DNA of 64,000 nucleotides from Thermodesulfobacteriota bacterium (GCA_965203965.1 CBDBDR010000017.1:1056001-1120000), one strand, 5' to 3'. Positions 19,701-27,789 are shown, counted from the stretch's first letter. Notes: generated by a model from the letters alone, not told the origin. Program-made: numbers and translations.

Positions 19701-20088
19701 CATGGAGGGAAAGCGAAACAGCACACGAATATATATTTGAAGTATACAAAAGACCATCCCCACCAGGGGAAGTCTTAGTAACAAGCCTCACGCCATTACC
19801 TCCACAAAGATTTGAAATAAATGAGTTATCAGCTCGAGAACGCCAAGAACCAACAACGGGATAAATTCCACCCAGCCAGTACGATCTGCGACTAAGATTA
19901 CCGGGAACCACTACAAGGAGGTTGGGTTCCGCAATTTTATTATTGAGAACTAAGTCTTCATCTTCTATAGCAGTATTCTGCACCCTTTTTGAATAAGAAT
20001 TGTTCAGACAGATAAACGTGAACAAAAATAATAGGAAAAATGGGAAAACGATCTTTCTGAAATTAATTTTTACCATATTAACGATCAT
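13708..20088 (-). CDS. pilY1: giant PilY1/PilC-type type IV pilus tip adhesin (2126 aa)
   Basis: Signal peptide; C-terminal beta-propeller motifs LGGIFHSEP, VYVGGNDGGLHAF, KELFFYVP, ALDIT, MGNSWSSP; Ca-loop DTNADGYAD. Confidence 0.85.
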   Translation of the reverse strand: MIVNMVKINFRKIVFPFFLLFLFTFICLNNSYSKRVQNTAIEDEDLVLNNKIAEPNLLVVVPGNLSRRSYWLGGIYPVVGSWRSRADNSFISNLCGGNGVRLVTKTSPGGDGLLYTSNIYSCAVSLSLHGYHGYNHTQHRWGQENGLMGYIIQDREGGIRSPSSYDLNTDREIIASHHPAVLSGSDPGRTDRDKSFVDLHKEICRVDDTLLSTVNDNAKPHQRCKIPTPSDNECYSEASARINRNVVTLGAGHVPCCYSIPGNDPVLDRHGTPVSIFSWFDGAGEVNVNNWKVVDSIGNTVTNGGGNAQVSVCRVPSEIRAMQNILVDSVGASQCPSDEYCRFTNPSEVDKPYSPYGAWDSRCSKSDFQDGGQYSHWKCMNTKQKMVYGPYYGPGYNCGCREQCKEVAVSDRDMCYSGCVSRCDGKPINGRDDTSAYLSEMYDFLDADDTIKRAMCEEVSGTDDDLLDASDPGVEMDGNTMDCWTYLNTPFRETYKYVSGLTGDPQTDRPLPLPLANTEEGNHGCYPSGGTNNCRMEDFINEADADELGVRMKLLVSGGSNFTNSDAAKNKSCNYGRSAYRAIVGNPNADPTMLSTNDGHVDGRQLSYFWRLLERLASSNQSTCYTEQDSRAAVVNDTLAMRNVISLHNYAWTRDNLTIHLYNPYFYSLLRGYEQEAYSLTTGSVSSTDRGLKDVWRLLIEQYRTNHLSDYSYDFILGLDDEYIGTSVLNTADSEVRDVPVKLEPSNGSVMCPADSVPYAKYIPELTRELTGMVDILKHSGKFGDLEYLNLHRTMIPYNELGETRNKIKQTVSDLVGGGVCDNGAVCTKDGKLPCESDTSGTAGTCNTYSLCDDPVFQQLISRISLLYDGRGVGVDSQSCELSLNEIVGTFISGEDFASRDSTNPQLLSLDTDIGYTNFITQLKDIYNIGGILFGIPIPAVKPGLNMSQQQVFERFIDLLDIGSITAFRSEIEDFQRERVGLDARKKWTLCPVHNTQLGGNIIEKDALAAFNDFMQNDSSLSCRQQFTVLLATNQAQSNTIDPKLTSHSLRLDRRTQIYPYENVIPNNERINSGSLSLQSSNSSLQAVSNLRTKFVRDPVIINGEPVPKEIFTFVVDVSGLSKPTYLQQLMALTGGTHNSGLIRHDGPGGISVGSIDADSVLPSHVTGYKRTMLAKVAEGGEKLECISNDGSHKNNSNINASYYGACNFDSGKVFGVDYHIQGDERTSIRLNSSFAFSSDASNLSNTLVSIINSIKQFTVTNTPPVIPGVAKPELQDRVYLTVSQPADITQRHLWQGRLAQYRYENGVVKSKNGGTVVSIGTGGQLDQVHASNYVWEAGNQLSLRDIRDISSGGDPRKVITVLEDPIDGLYGGAIEDIDNSLIPSDFGITADDVSRYGPPHGCSGSDVCLKDKIISFLQGNTGIFYDRSDADTDPFGDLCGSGDTPGKPGQCELRLGGIFHSEPKVVGSPSQLFQGINFQAFRNNYNERPAVVYVGGNDGGLHAFHAGNYDTSEHKYDDGTGKELFFYVPPTFLRSPLRVGDGDSFSDGSIIITNSLGDDILSLMIDGDDFTVGGRLTSIQDIKYGKIKDFVLDSPVFQENYAFFDGTPTIKDVFIDGYWNGIGALPTIPGQIESGEWHTILVSGFRNGGSGITALDITNPPSESGVAIGSLPYPVHLWTFTDEDMGNSWSSPVIAKVRLDASDRTADRWVVFVGGGIDPDATNIGSVNEGNAFYAIDLPTGKLLYKFHPTRSQNNTDSSIETVITLTEFNSHRSRMVCELASDPGVFDTNADGYADEVYIGDTCGQLWKFDVSQPLTTGDSIGDTGVSLDSANKVDDRSGDIAAGDWTGRVVFCADCDSTSTGTDYTDPTEDIKQKPAHSPIYYPPVLVPDFNGDIHVVFQTGDRRYPTSNDANSNGRLYSVKSSSFISTDTLQTLLSGPISDTIPTERTIGFFREVRLQNTGGDIGVSEIVDIDSGNPAGLLSGNFVVKYPGAYEKGVGTPFVSNRVLTFTSYDPTIQQSSGSICEQSSIGRSRLYQLNYATGEGAIIIQPSNPNAPPQSTAGMDIGGGIPSTPNVSLTDNGGLLLGISTSGGGAGEAVNSEYSSVELPSLSTSVREVFWQEIW

Positions 20089-20150
20089 TATAACAAATTT
20101 TATAACTATTTTAAAATTGATTTTTAAGATTGCGAAATAAGCACAAAGTA

Positions 20151-20438
20151 ATTCCCCTTCTCAGAAGGGGTGGCAGTCCAAAGGACTGACGGGGTAGTCC
20201 CTTCAACACCTATGAGGTATCTCCCCCATTCCCCTTCTCTGAAGCGGTAGGTAGTCCAAAGGACTGACGGAGTAGTCCCTTCAACACCTAATTAGGTATC
20301 TCCCCCATTCCCCTTCCCAGAAGGGGTGGCAGTCCAAAAGGACTGACGGGGTAGTCTCTTCAACACCTATGAGGTATCTCCCCCATTCCCCTTCCCAGAA
20401 GGGGTGGCAGTCCAAAGGACTGACGGGGTAGTCCCTTC
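20151..20438 (+). repeat. tandem array of four REP-like units (period 77-79 bp)
   Basis: Units start at 20151, 20228, 20307 and 20385; hairpins CCCCTTC/GAAGGGG, CAGTCC/GGACTG and ACCT/AGGT. Confidence 0.93.
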
Positions 20439-20502
20439 CTTGACACTATTTTTAATGCTATCAAACTAAACTACTGCATCTTAAATATATTTATAAAATT
20501 CC

Positions 20503-20532
20503 TTGACAAAGTTAATCATTGGTGCAAATAAT
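20503..20532 (+). promoter_or_regulatory. putative sigma70 promoter of rho
   Basis: TTGACA-18 nt-AATAAT. Confidence 0.4.
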
Positions 20533-20641
20533 ACTTCAGCAGTTTATTAAACGGTTTGAACACCGCGATTCATTTAATCTTTTCTGTTTTTTCAAATACA
20601 GTTTGTTTTAACTTAATAATTTTCTGAGGATTACAACTACT

Positions 20642-21994
20642 ATGGCAAAAGTTTCCAAGCTACACCCTAAAACCAAAGAGGGGCATAATGTGGAAGTGGG
20701 AAATGGTTCTTTCGAAGCTACGAACAAACCTACTGATCTTCTTACCAACCTGAACGACATCAGGGAAATGAAAAGTTCCGAAATCATTAAAATAGCAAAG
20801 AAAGTCGGTGTTGAAGAAACACCAAGAATGAACAAGCAAGACATGATATACGCCCTGCTAAAGGCACAGAGCAAAAAGCAGGGTAGTGTTATCGTTGCAG
20901 AAGGAGTGCTTGAAATACTATCTGAGGGGTATGGCTTTTTACGATCACCTAAATACAGCTATCTTCCCGGTCCGGATGACATTTACGTTTCCAAATCACA
21001 GATACGTTCGTTCAGTCTGAAAACTGGTGATACCGTGAGCGGACAGGTCAGACTTCCCAGAGACGGAGAAAAGAACCTCGCACTTCTTAAAATTGAATCC
21101 ATAAACTATAGATCTCCTGAATTATCGCGAGATAGAAGTGCTTTTGAAAATCTTGTCCCACTTCATCCGGAAAAAAAACTGATACTGGAACACGACAAAA
21201 ATGATTTCAGCACAAGAATAATGGATCTCTTTATACCAATTGGTAAAGGTCAGAGGGCTTTGATAGTTGCTCCCCCCAGAACGGGTAAAACCATACTTCT
21301 ACAAAAACTTGCGAATGCAATTACAGAAAACAACTCGGAAGTAAAACTCATAGTGCTCCTGATAGATGAAAGACCTGAGGAAGTAACTGATATGCAAAAA
21401 TCCGTTGAAGGAGAAGTTGTCAGTTCCACCTTTGATGAACCTCCACAGAGGCATATACAGGTTGCAGATATGGTGCTTGAAAAAGCCAAAAGATACGTTG
21501 AGGACAATCAGGACGTCGTGATCTTGCTTGACAGTCTGACCAGACTCGCCAGGGCAAGCAACACCGTTACCCCAGCAAGTGGTAGGGTGCTGTCGGGTGG
21601 TATGGAGGCAAACGCACTTCAAAGACCAAAGAGGTTCTTCGGTGCAGCAAGAAACACTGAAGAAGGCGGAAGCCTTACCATTATTGCTACGGCACTTATT
21701 GATACGGGAAGCAGAATGGACGAAGTGATATTTGAAGAGTTCAAAGGAACCGGCAACATGGAAGTTTATCTGGACAGAAAACTTTCAGACAAAAGAGTAT
21801 TTCCTTCTTTTGACCTGCAAAGGTCAGGAACGAGGAAAGAAGAACTCTTATTAAGTGAAGATGAACTTCAAAGAGTGTGGCTCTTGAGAAGAGTTCTCAG
21901 CCCGATGAACACTTCCCAGTCTATGGAATTTTTATTGGATAAAATGAGAGGAACCAAAACTAATAAAGACTTTCTGAATCTAATGAACCATTAG
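20642..21994 (+). CDS. rho: transcription termination factor Rho
   Basis: [35 protein letters not shown]. Confidence 0.98.
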   Translation: MAKVSKLHPKTKEGHNVEVGNGSFEATNKPTDLLTNLNDIREMKSSEIIKIAKKVGVEETPRMNKQDMIYALLKAQSKKQGSVIVAEGVLEILSEGYGFLRSPKYSYLPGPDDIYVSKSQIRSFSLKTGDTVSGQVRLPRDGEKNLALLKIESINYRSPELSRDRSAFENLVPLHPEKKLILEHDKNDFSTRIMDLFIPIGKGQRALIVAPPRTGKTILLQKLANAITENNSEVKLIVLLIDERPEEVTDMQKSVEGEVVSSTFDEPPQRHIQVADMVLEKAKRYVEDNQDVVILLDSLTRLARASNTVTPASGRVLSGGMEANALQRPKRFFGAARNTEEGGSLTIIATALIDTGSRMDEVIFEEFKGTGNMEVYLDRKLSDKRVFPSFDLQRSGTRKEELLLSEDELQRVWLLRRVLSPMNTSQSMEFLLDKMRGTKTNKDFLNLMNH

Positions 21995-22306
21995 TTAATC
22001 AATTTTTACAAGAATATCATCACCCTCAACCTTTACCTCATAAACCTCTATTGGTTCGGTTGCAGGCAGACACGTGGCTTCACCATTTTTAACGTCAAAC
22101 TCCGCCCCGTGATAGATGCAGGTTATTTTGTCGCCATCTATATCACCATCTGATAGAGGCAGAAGTTCATGGCTGCACTCGTCCCTGAAAGCATAAAAAT
22201 TATTATTGACGTTGCAGACCACTATGGAAACACCCGAAACTACAAAGGACTTCATCTCACTGTCCAATACATCTTGAGTTTTTGCCACCTTGTGAAAATC
22301 ACTCAT
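21995..22306 (-). CDS. Rieske [2Fe-2S] ferredoxin
   Basis: CSH...CIYH Rieske motifs; last gene of the suf operon. Confidence 0.9.
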   Translation of the reverse strand: MSDFHKVAKTQDVLDSEMKSFVVSGVSIVVCNVNNNFYAFRDECSHELLPLSDGDIDGDKITCIYHGAEFDVKNGEATCLPATEPIEVYEVKVEGDDILVKID

Positions 22307-23639
22307 TACTGTTCCTCCTGTTATCAAACCATTCACTTGCAACTTTTTCCAGATATAGCTTTACAGGGCCTATGCTCATATTTGCAAAACTCTCCCCAGT
22401 AAAGCCCTCTAACATGATCGCCTGAGCGTCGCTGCGAGAAATTCCTCTTGAGCGAAGATAAAAGAGTGCATTTTCATCCATCTGCCCTATAGTTGCACCA
22501 TGAGTGCATTTTACGTCGTCGTTATATATTTCAAGCTGTGGTTTTGTATCTATCTGTGCAGTATCAGACAACAGCAGGTTCCTGTTGGTTTGCTTTGCGT
22601 CCGTTTTTTCAGCTCCTTCATGAACAATTATTCTCCCGTGAAACACACCCCTTGATCTGTCGTCCAACACACCGTTATAAAACTGCCTGCTGTCGCAGTG
22701 CGGGCTTTTATGCTCAACTTTCATAAAATTATCTATATGCTGCCTGTCGTTGGACATATAGAGACCATTGATCAATGAATCACAACCTTCCCCTCCCAGA
22801 ACTGGATGCACGTTGTTTCTGACTATTGCTCCGCCAAGCAATACCGAATGGGAGTTGAGGTTGCTGTTTCTTTTTTGCTCAACTCTTAGTGTTGACACAT
22901 TGTAGGACTTTTTGCTTTCAAACTCCAGCATGTAGTGTTCCAGATTGCTGTTCTCACCGATAAAGATTTCAGATACAACGTTTGAAAGATAAACGGATTG
23001 TGAAAGTGAAACGTAATGCTCAATTATTTTCAGTTCACAGTTGTCACCTACCACTATCAAATTTCTTGGGTTCACAATGGCTTGCTCATCACCGCTGGAA
23101 ATATAAATAGCATGGATCGGGACATTTAAGACTGTGGATTTAGGAACGTAAACGAACAAACCGTCCTGAAAAAACGCCGTGTTCAAAGCGTTGAACGCCT
23201 CAGTATCAATATTGAGCAATTTACCAAAATACTCGGAAACTATATCATCACTTTTGACAACTGCTTCGGACAAAGAGGATATTAGGACTTTGTCCTGAAC
23301 GCTCCCGATGTTGGACAGTTCTCTGCAAAATTTGCCGTCTGTAAATACGAGCGTATGAGCATCCATTTTATTGAATGAGAATTTCTCAACGTCTTTCTGA
23401 CTTACTCTTCCACTACCATTATCAGGTATATGAAAACTGGATCTTGAGATCGGTGCCAAATTGGTAAATTTCCAGTCCTCATCTCTGAGAGTAGGAAACT
23501 CCAGTCTGCAAAAATGAGTTATTGCATTCTCTCTGAGCGATTTAACGTAACTTGGATACCCATCTATCTCCCCGCTCTTTTTAAACTCATTAAATCCCCC
23601 AAGATAGCTTCCAATTTCAGGACCAAACTTGATTGACAT
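22299..23639 (-). CDS. sufD: Fe-S cluster assembly protein SufD
   Basis: EDWKFT, DTKPQLEIYNDDVKCTHGAT, FYLRSRG. Confidence 0.95.
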   Translation of the reverse strand: MSIKFGPEIGSYLGGFNEFKKSGEIDGYPSYVKSLRENAITHFCRLEFPTLRDEDWKFTNLAPISRSSFHIPDNGSGRVSQKDVEKFSFNKMDAHTLVFTDGKFCRELSNIGSVQDKVLISSLSEAVVKSDDIVSEYFGKLLNIDTEAFNALNTAFFQDGLFVYVPKSTVLNVPIHAIYISSGDEQAIVNPRNLIVVGDNCELKIIEHYVSLSQSVYLSNVVSEIFIGENSNLEHYMLEFESKKSYNVSTLRVEQKRNSNLNSHSVLLGGAIVRNNVHPVLGGEGCDSLINGLYMSNDRQHIDNFMKVEHKSPHCDSRQFYNGVLDDRSRGVFHGRIIVHEGAEKTDAKQTNRNLLLSDTAQIDTKPQLEIYNDDVKCTHGATIGQMDENALFYLRSRGISRSDAQAIMLEGFTGESFANMSIGPVKLYLEKVASEWFDNRRNSNE

Positions 23640-24400
23640 TACGCGCGCCCCTGAGCAGTGTCGTTCTCTATCCAGCCATAGCCTTTTTCTTCAAGCTCAA
23701 CGGCAAGTTCTTTGCTTCCAGATTTTACAATTTTTCCGTCAACCAAAACGTGGACAAGATCAGGGACAATATAGTTCAGCAATCTCTGGTAATGCGTAAT
23801 TACCAGAAAAGCTCTCTCTTTGCTTCTCATTGAGTTCACCCCGTCCGAAACGATCTTTAATGCGTCAATATCAAGACCTGAATCGGTTTCATCAAGAATA
23901 GAAAGCATAGGTTCTAATATCTGCATTTGAAATATTTCATTACGTTTTTTTTCCCCCCCCGAAAAACCTTCATTTACCGACCTTCTCAAAAGATCATCAT
24001 CTATTCCAAGCTCCTGCATTTTTGCTCTTGCGAGTTTACCAAATTCAACGTGTTTAAGTGGCTTTTCTCCCTTATGTTTCCTGATTGAGTTCAGTGATTC
24101 CCTCAACAGGTAGGTGTTTGCAACTCCCGGTATTTCAATCGGGTATTGAAAAGCAAGAAAAACACCTTCACGAGCTCTTTCTTCAGCTTCCAGTTCCAGA
24201 AGGTCTTTGCCACGGAATGACACCGTTCCCTCTGTTACTTCATAGGAATCTCTTCCGGCAAGTACCTGTGCAAGCGTGCTTTTGCCAGATCCGTTTGGAC
24301 CCATAATTGAATGCACTTCGCCTTTGTTTATAGTTAAATTCAAACCTTTTAGTATTTCTTTACCTTCAACTTCAACGTGCAAATTCTTTATCTCAAGCAT
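23639..24400 (-). CDS. sufC: Fe-S cluster assembly ATPase SufC
   Basis: GPNGSGKS, FSGGEKKRNE, LDETDSGLDID. Confidence 0.97.
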   Translation of the reverse strand: MLEIKNLHVEVEGKEILKGLNLTINKGEVHSIMGPNGSGKSTLAQVLAGRDSYEVTEGTVSFRGKDLLELEAEERAREGVFLAFQYPIEIPGVANTYLLRESLNSIRKHKGEKPLKHVEFGKLARAKMQELGIDDDLLRRSVNEGFSGGEKKRNEIFQMQILEPMLSILDETDSGLDIDALKIVSDGVNSMRSKERAFLVITHYQRLLNYIVPDLVHVLVDGKIVKSGSKELAVELEEKGYGWIENDTAQGRA

Positions 24401-24456
24401 CTGTAACTCTCCTGAATTATATTAATTGCTGGAAATGGACTCCAGCCGGGATGATA

Positions 24457-25893
24457 CTAACCAACGCTGCCTTCAAGACTAACGCTTAACAATTTTTCTG
24501 CTTCAACCGCAAATTCAAACGGCAGCTCCTTGAATACCTCTTTGCAAAAGCCGTTGACTATCAATGAGACCGCATCCTCTGCTGATAGCCCTCTTTGCTG
24601 ACAATAAAAGATCTGATCTTCTCCAATTTTTGAAGTGGAGGCTTCATGCTCCATGTGTGCCGTAGAATTTTTAACCTCAATGTAAGGAAAAGTGTGTGCA
24701 CCACACCTGTCACCTATCAGCATGGAATCACACTGTGTATAGTTTCTTGCACTATTTGCGTTTTTTCCTATATCAACAAGCCCCCTGTAAGTATTTTGTC
24801 CCTGTCCTGCGGAAATTCCTTTTGAAACAATAGTGCTGGTCGTCCCTTTACCGACGTGGATCATTTTAGTTCCCGTGTCAGCCTGCTGATGTCTGTTCGT
24901 AAGTGCCACGGAATAAAACTCTCCCACTGAATTATCTCCCTCTAAAATACAACTTGGATACTTCCAAGTTATTGCCGAACCCGTTTCAACCTGCGTCCAA
25001 GATATTCTTGAGTTTTCTCCCAAACACCGTCCGCGCTTTGTTACGAAGTTATAAATACCGCCTATTCCCTCTTTGTTGCCCGGATACCAGTTTTGGATCG
25101 TTGAGTACTTTATGGTCGCATCCTTATGAGCCACAAGTTCCACTACCGCGGCGTGAAGTTGATTCTGATCTCTTTGAGGAGCAGTGCATCCTTCAAGATA
25201 GCTTACGTAACTTCCCTCTTCTGCTACTATCAAAGTTCGCTCAAACTGTCCCGTATTTTCAGCATTGATCCTGAAATAAGTTGAAAGCTCCATCGGACAC
25301 CTGACACCTTTTGGAACGTAAACAAAAGAGCCATCGGTAAATACAGCTGAATTCAAAGCAGCATAAAAATTATCCTTGCGTGGCACCACATACCCGAGAT
25401 ATTTCTTCACAAGCTCCGGATGCTCCTGCACGGCTTCGGACATGGAGCAAAATATAACCCCTGCTTCTGCAAGTTTTTCTTTGAAGGTGGTTATCACCGA
25501 CACGCTGTCAAAAACTGCATCAACCGCCACTCCCGCAAGCATTTTCTGCTCTTCAAGGGATATTCCGAGTTTGTCATAGGTCTCTCTTATCTCCGGATCA
25601 ACTTCATCCAGACTCTTCGGTGCAGGGTTATTCTTAGGTGCCGCATAGTAGCTGATGTCGTTAAAGTCAATTTCAGGATATTTGATAAAAGCCCATTTTG
25701 GTTCCTTCATTTTAAGCCAATGATCATAGGCTTCAAGCCTCCACTCTATCATCCATTTCGGCTCGTTCTTCTTGGAGGATATAGTCCGTATTACGTCTTC
25801 ATTCAAACCTTTTGGCACTACCTCCTGCTCCACTTCCGTTGTAAAACCATATTTGTATTCGCGGTTTGCCAGTTCTTCAAAATCAATGCTCAT
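24457..25893 (-). CDS. sufB: Fe-S cluster assembly protein SufB
   Basis: [34 protein letters not shown]. Confidence 0.97.
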   Translation of the reverse strand: MSIDFEELANREYKYGFTTEVEQEVVPKGLNEDVIRTISSKKNEPKWMIEWRLEAYDHWLKMKEPKWAFIKYPEIDFNDISYYAAPKNNPAPKSLDEVDPEIRETYDKLGISLEEQKMLAGVAVDAVFDSVSVITTFKEKLAEAGVIFCSMSEAVQEHPELVKKYLGYVVPRKDNFYAALNSAVFTDGSFVYVPKGVRCPMELSTYFRINAENTGQFERTLIVAEEGSYVSYLEGCTAPQRDQNQLHAAVVELVAHKDATIKYSTIQNWYPGNKEGIGGIYNFVTKRGRCLGENSRISWTQVETGSAITWKYPSCILEGDNSVGEFYSVALTNRHQQADTGTKMIHVGKGTTSTIVSKGISAGQGQNTYRGLVDIGKNANSARNYTQCDSMLIGDRCGAHTFPYIEVKNSTAHMEHEASTSKIGEDQIFYCQQRGLSAEDAVSLIVNGFCKEVFKELPFEFAVEAEKLLSVSLEGSVG

Positions 25894-25910
25894 TTTCAGA
25901 CCTCATCATT

Positions 25911-26324
25911 TTATTCTTCTAATACTCTTTCATACAGAAGGTCTTCCAACGTTGTATTTTCCAACAGCTTTATCATGGAAACCTTCAACTTATCCCAAAC
26001 GGGAAGCTGTGTGCAGTTCTCATAAAGTGCGCAGACGCTTTCCTGATCCATACAATCTATGACCCTTATTTCACCTTCCACGGCTTCATAGATGTCTTTC
26101 AGGTTTATTTCCTTAGGTAGCTTACGAAGAAAATAACCACCTTCCGGTCCAACCATTGACCTTACAAGTCCTTTTTTTACAAGACGGGTCATGATCTTTG
26201 CCAGATACTTCTGCGGAATATGTTGAGCCTCAGATATTTCCTTCATGTTCATACGGGGAACTTCATGGTTGCCCATGTAGATCAAAGATCTGACTGCGTA
26301 ATCAAGGGTCCTGCTTACCTGCAT
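25911..26324 (-). CDS. Rrf2 family regulator (IscR-like, three Cys)
   Basis: DYAVRSL, GPEGGY, C-x6-C-x5-C. Confidence 0.9.
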   Translation of the reverse strand: MQVSRTLDYAVRSLIYMGNHEVPRMNMKEISEAQHIPQKYLAKIMTRLVKKGLVRSMVGPEGGYFLRKLPKEINLKDIYEAVEGEIRVIDCMDQESVCALYENCTQLPVWDKLKVSMIKLLENTTLEDLLYERVLEE

Positions 26325-26370
26325 ATCATATTAAAATAAACTTCGTGTATCTGAGATAATAACATATTAA

Positions 26371-26399
26371 ATACTACTGCTTAGACCGTTTACTGTCAA
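26371..26399 (-). promoter_or_regulatory. putative sigma70 promoter of the rrf2-suf operon
   Basis: Minus strand TTGACA-17 nt-TAGTAT, overlapped by an imperfect palindrome that could be an Rrf2 autoregulatory site. Confidence 0.55.
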
Positions 26400-26587
26400 A
26401 CTGTCTTTATTAGGCAACAAATCGTAGTTCCAATGGGAAATATCAAGGCAAAAAGGTTAAATTACGTGTTGAATTTTTATCAAATTGTTAGAGTTTGAAT
26501 TTACACACGCGACCGAATATAATCATTACAACAAAGACAATCTATAACAACAAATTAGGCAGGTAATACTGATAAGAGGGTATAGTT

Positions 26588-27424
26588 ATTATTGCATCCG
26601 ATAACGTTAAGAAAAGGCATGGGAAAGTCTTTGCATTGATTTTAGTCATGCTATTCACGTCTGTGATCAGTTGCACCAGAATAAACGACATGTTGATACG
26701 ATCGGAAAAGAGTAATGCTCATGGATCTGAAGAAAATAAAGTAAAATGGGGCTACTCGGAAAAAAATGGACCGGACGTATGGCACCAGTTAAGCCCAAAC
26801 TACTTTCTTTGCTCTGAGGGCAAGAACCAATCCCCAATTGATATTGTAGATGCCAAACCGGTTAAACTCCCAGACGTTACCTTCAATTATAGTCCTTCCA
26901 CTCTTAATATACTTAACAACGGGCATGCAATTGAAGTTAAATACAGCAATGGGAGCTATATTGAGTTTGAAGGCACAAGGTACAAACTGCTACAATTTCA
27001 CTTTCATTCACCCAGTGAACATACTTTATCAGGCAACCTGTTTGACGTGGAAATGCACCTTGTTCACCAAAGCAAGGACGGGAAGTTGGCAGTTGTAGGC
27101 GTGTTGATTGAGAAAGGCAATGAAAACAAAGCGTTCAGTTCAATTTGGGAAAATTTGCCAACCGACGTTGGCAAAGTGCATAAAATTGAAAACCTGTCTA
27201 TAAACGCCAAACACCTGATCCCTAAGAAGAGGTTTTTTTATAGATACGATGGTTCTTTGACCACACCACCCTGCTCCGAAGGGGTCAAATGGATGCTACT
27301 GACGGAGCCTATTGAAATGTCTGGATCGCAGATTGAGGCGTTGAGATCCATTATCCACAACAACAACCGTCCCGTGCAACCTTTGAATGGACGTAAATTG
27401 CTTGTAGACGTTTGTTGTAAATAG
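26588..27424 (+). CDS. alpha-class carbonic anhydrase, predicted lipoprotein
   Basis: NQSPIDI, QFHFHSPSEH, EMHLVH, GSLTTPPCSEGV, NNRPVQPLN; lipobox VISC; start probably ATT 26588 (track start TTG 26636). Confidence 0.93.
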   Translation: MIASDNVKKRHGKVFALILVMLFTSVISCTRINDMLIRSEKSNAHGSEENKVKWGYSEKNGPDVWHQLSPNYFLCSEGKNQSPIDIVDAKPVKLPDVTFNYSPSTLNILNNGHAIEVKYSNGSYIEFEGTRYKLLQFHFHSPSEHTLSGNLFDVEMHLVHQSKDGKLAVVGVLIEKGNENKAFSSIWENLPTDVGKVHKIENLSINAKHLIPKKRFFYRYDGSLTTPPCSEGVKWMLLTEPIEMSGSQIEALRSIIHNNNRPVQPLNGRKLLVDVCCK

Positions 27425-27789
27425 TTGTGAATTGAGGGCAGGTTTCAGTCAGTTACAATTTGAAGGTTATCGTTTTGCGGTCTTCCATAGTTGTGAATTG
27501 AGGGCAGGTTTCAGTCAGTTACAATGTCTTGCTCAACAAAGAACCATCAAAATTAGTTGTGAATTGAGGGCAGGTTTCAGTCAGTTACAATAGAATTGTA
27601 GGAACAACAATGACCAAAGGAGTTGTGAATTGAGGGCAGGTTTCAGTCAGTTACAATAATAATCATCGGGGACAGGTGTCATTGCTTGTTGTGAATTGAG
27701 GGCAGGTTTCAGTCAGTTACAATTTTTCACCTTTGCTTGCAACTGAAATATTCGTTGTGAATTGAGGGCAGGTTTCAGTCAGTTACAAT
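27424..27789 (+). CRISPR. type II-C CRISPR array, 6 identical 36-nt repeats, 5 x 30-nt spacers
   Basis: Repeat GTTGTGAATTGAGGGCAGGTTTCAGTCAGTTACAAT at 27424, 27490, 27556, 27622, 27688 and 27754; strand inferred from tracrRNA complementarity. Confidence 0.98.

Noticed and set aside
13708..20088. Diversity-generating retroelement or invertible shufflon acting on pilY1
   Set aside because: No reverse transcriptase, recombinase or template/variable repeat pair seen in the window.
20151..20438. Tandem array as a second CRISPR or a TIGR-like guide array
   Set aside because: Inter-hairpin segments are near-identical rather than unique spacers, copies are dispersed elsewhere, and there is no adjacent effector gene.
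25420..26025. Long antisense ORFs (e.g. 25420-26025, 27822-28325, 54032-54514, 60167-60772)
   Set aside because: Shadows of well-supported genes on the opposite strand with no recognisable motifs.
27658..27687. Spacer 4 resembling sufB (GACAGGTGT, IGDRC)
   Set aside because: Only a short ~9-13 nt similarity, consistent with chance.
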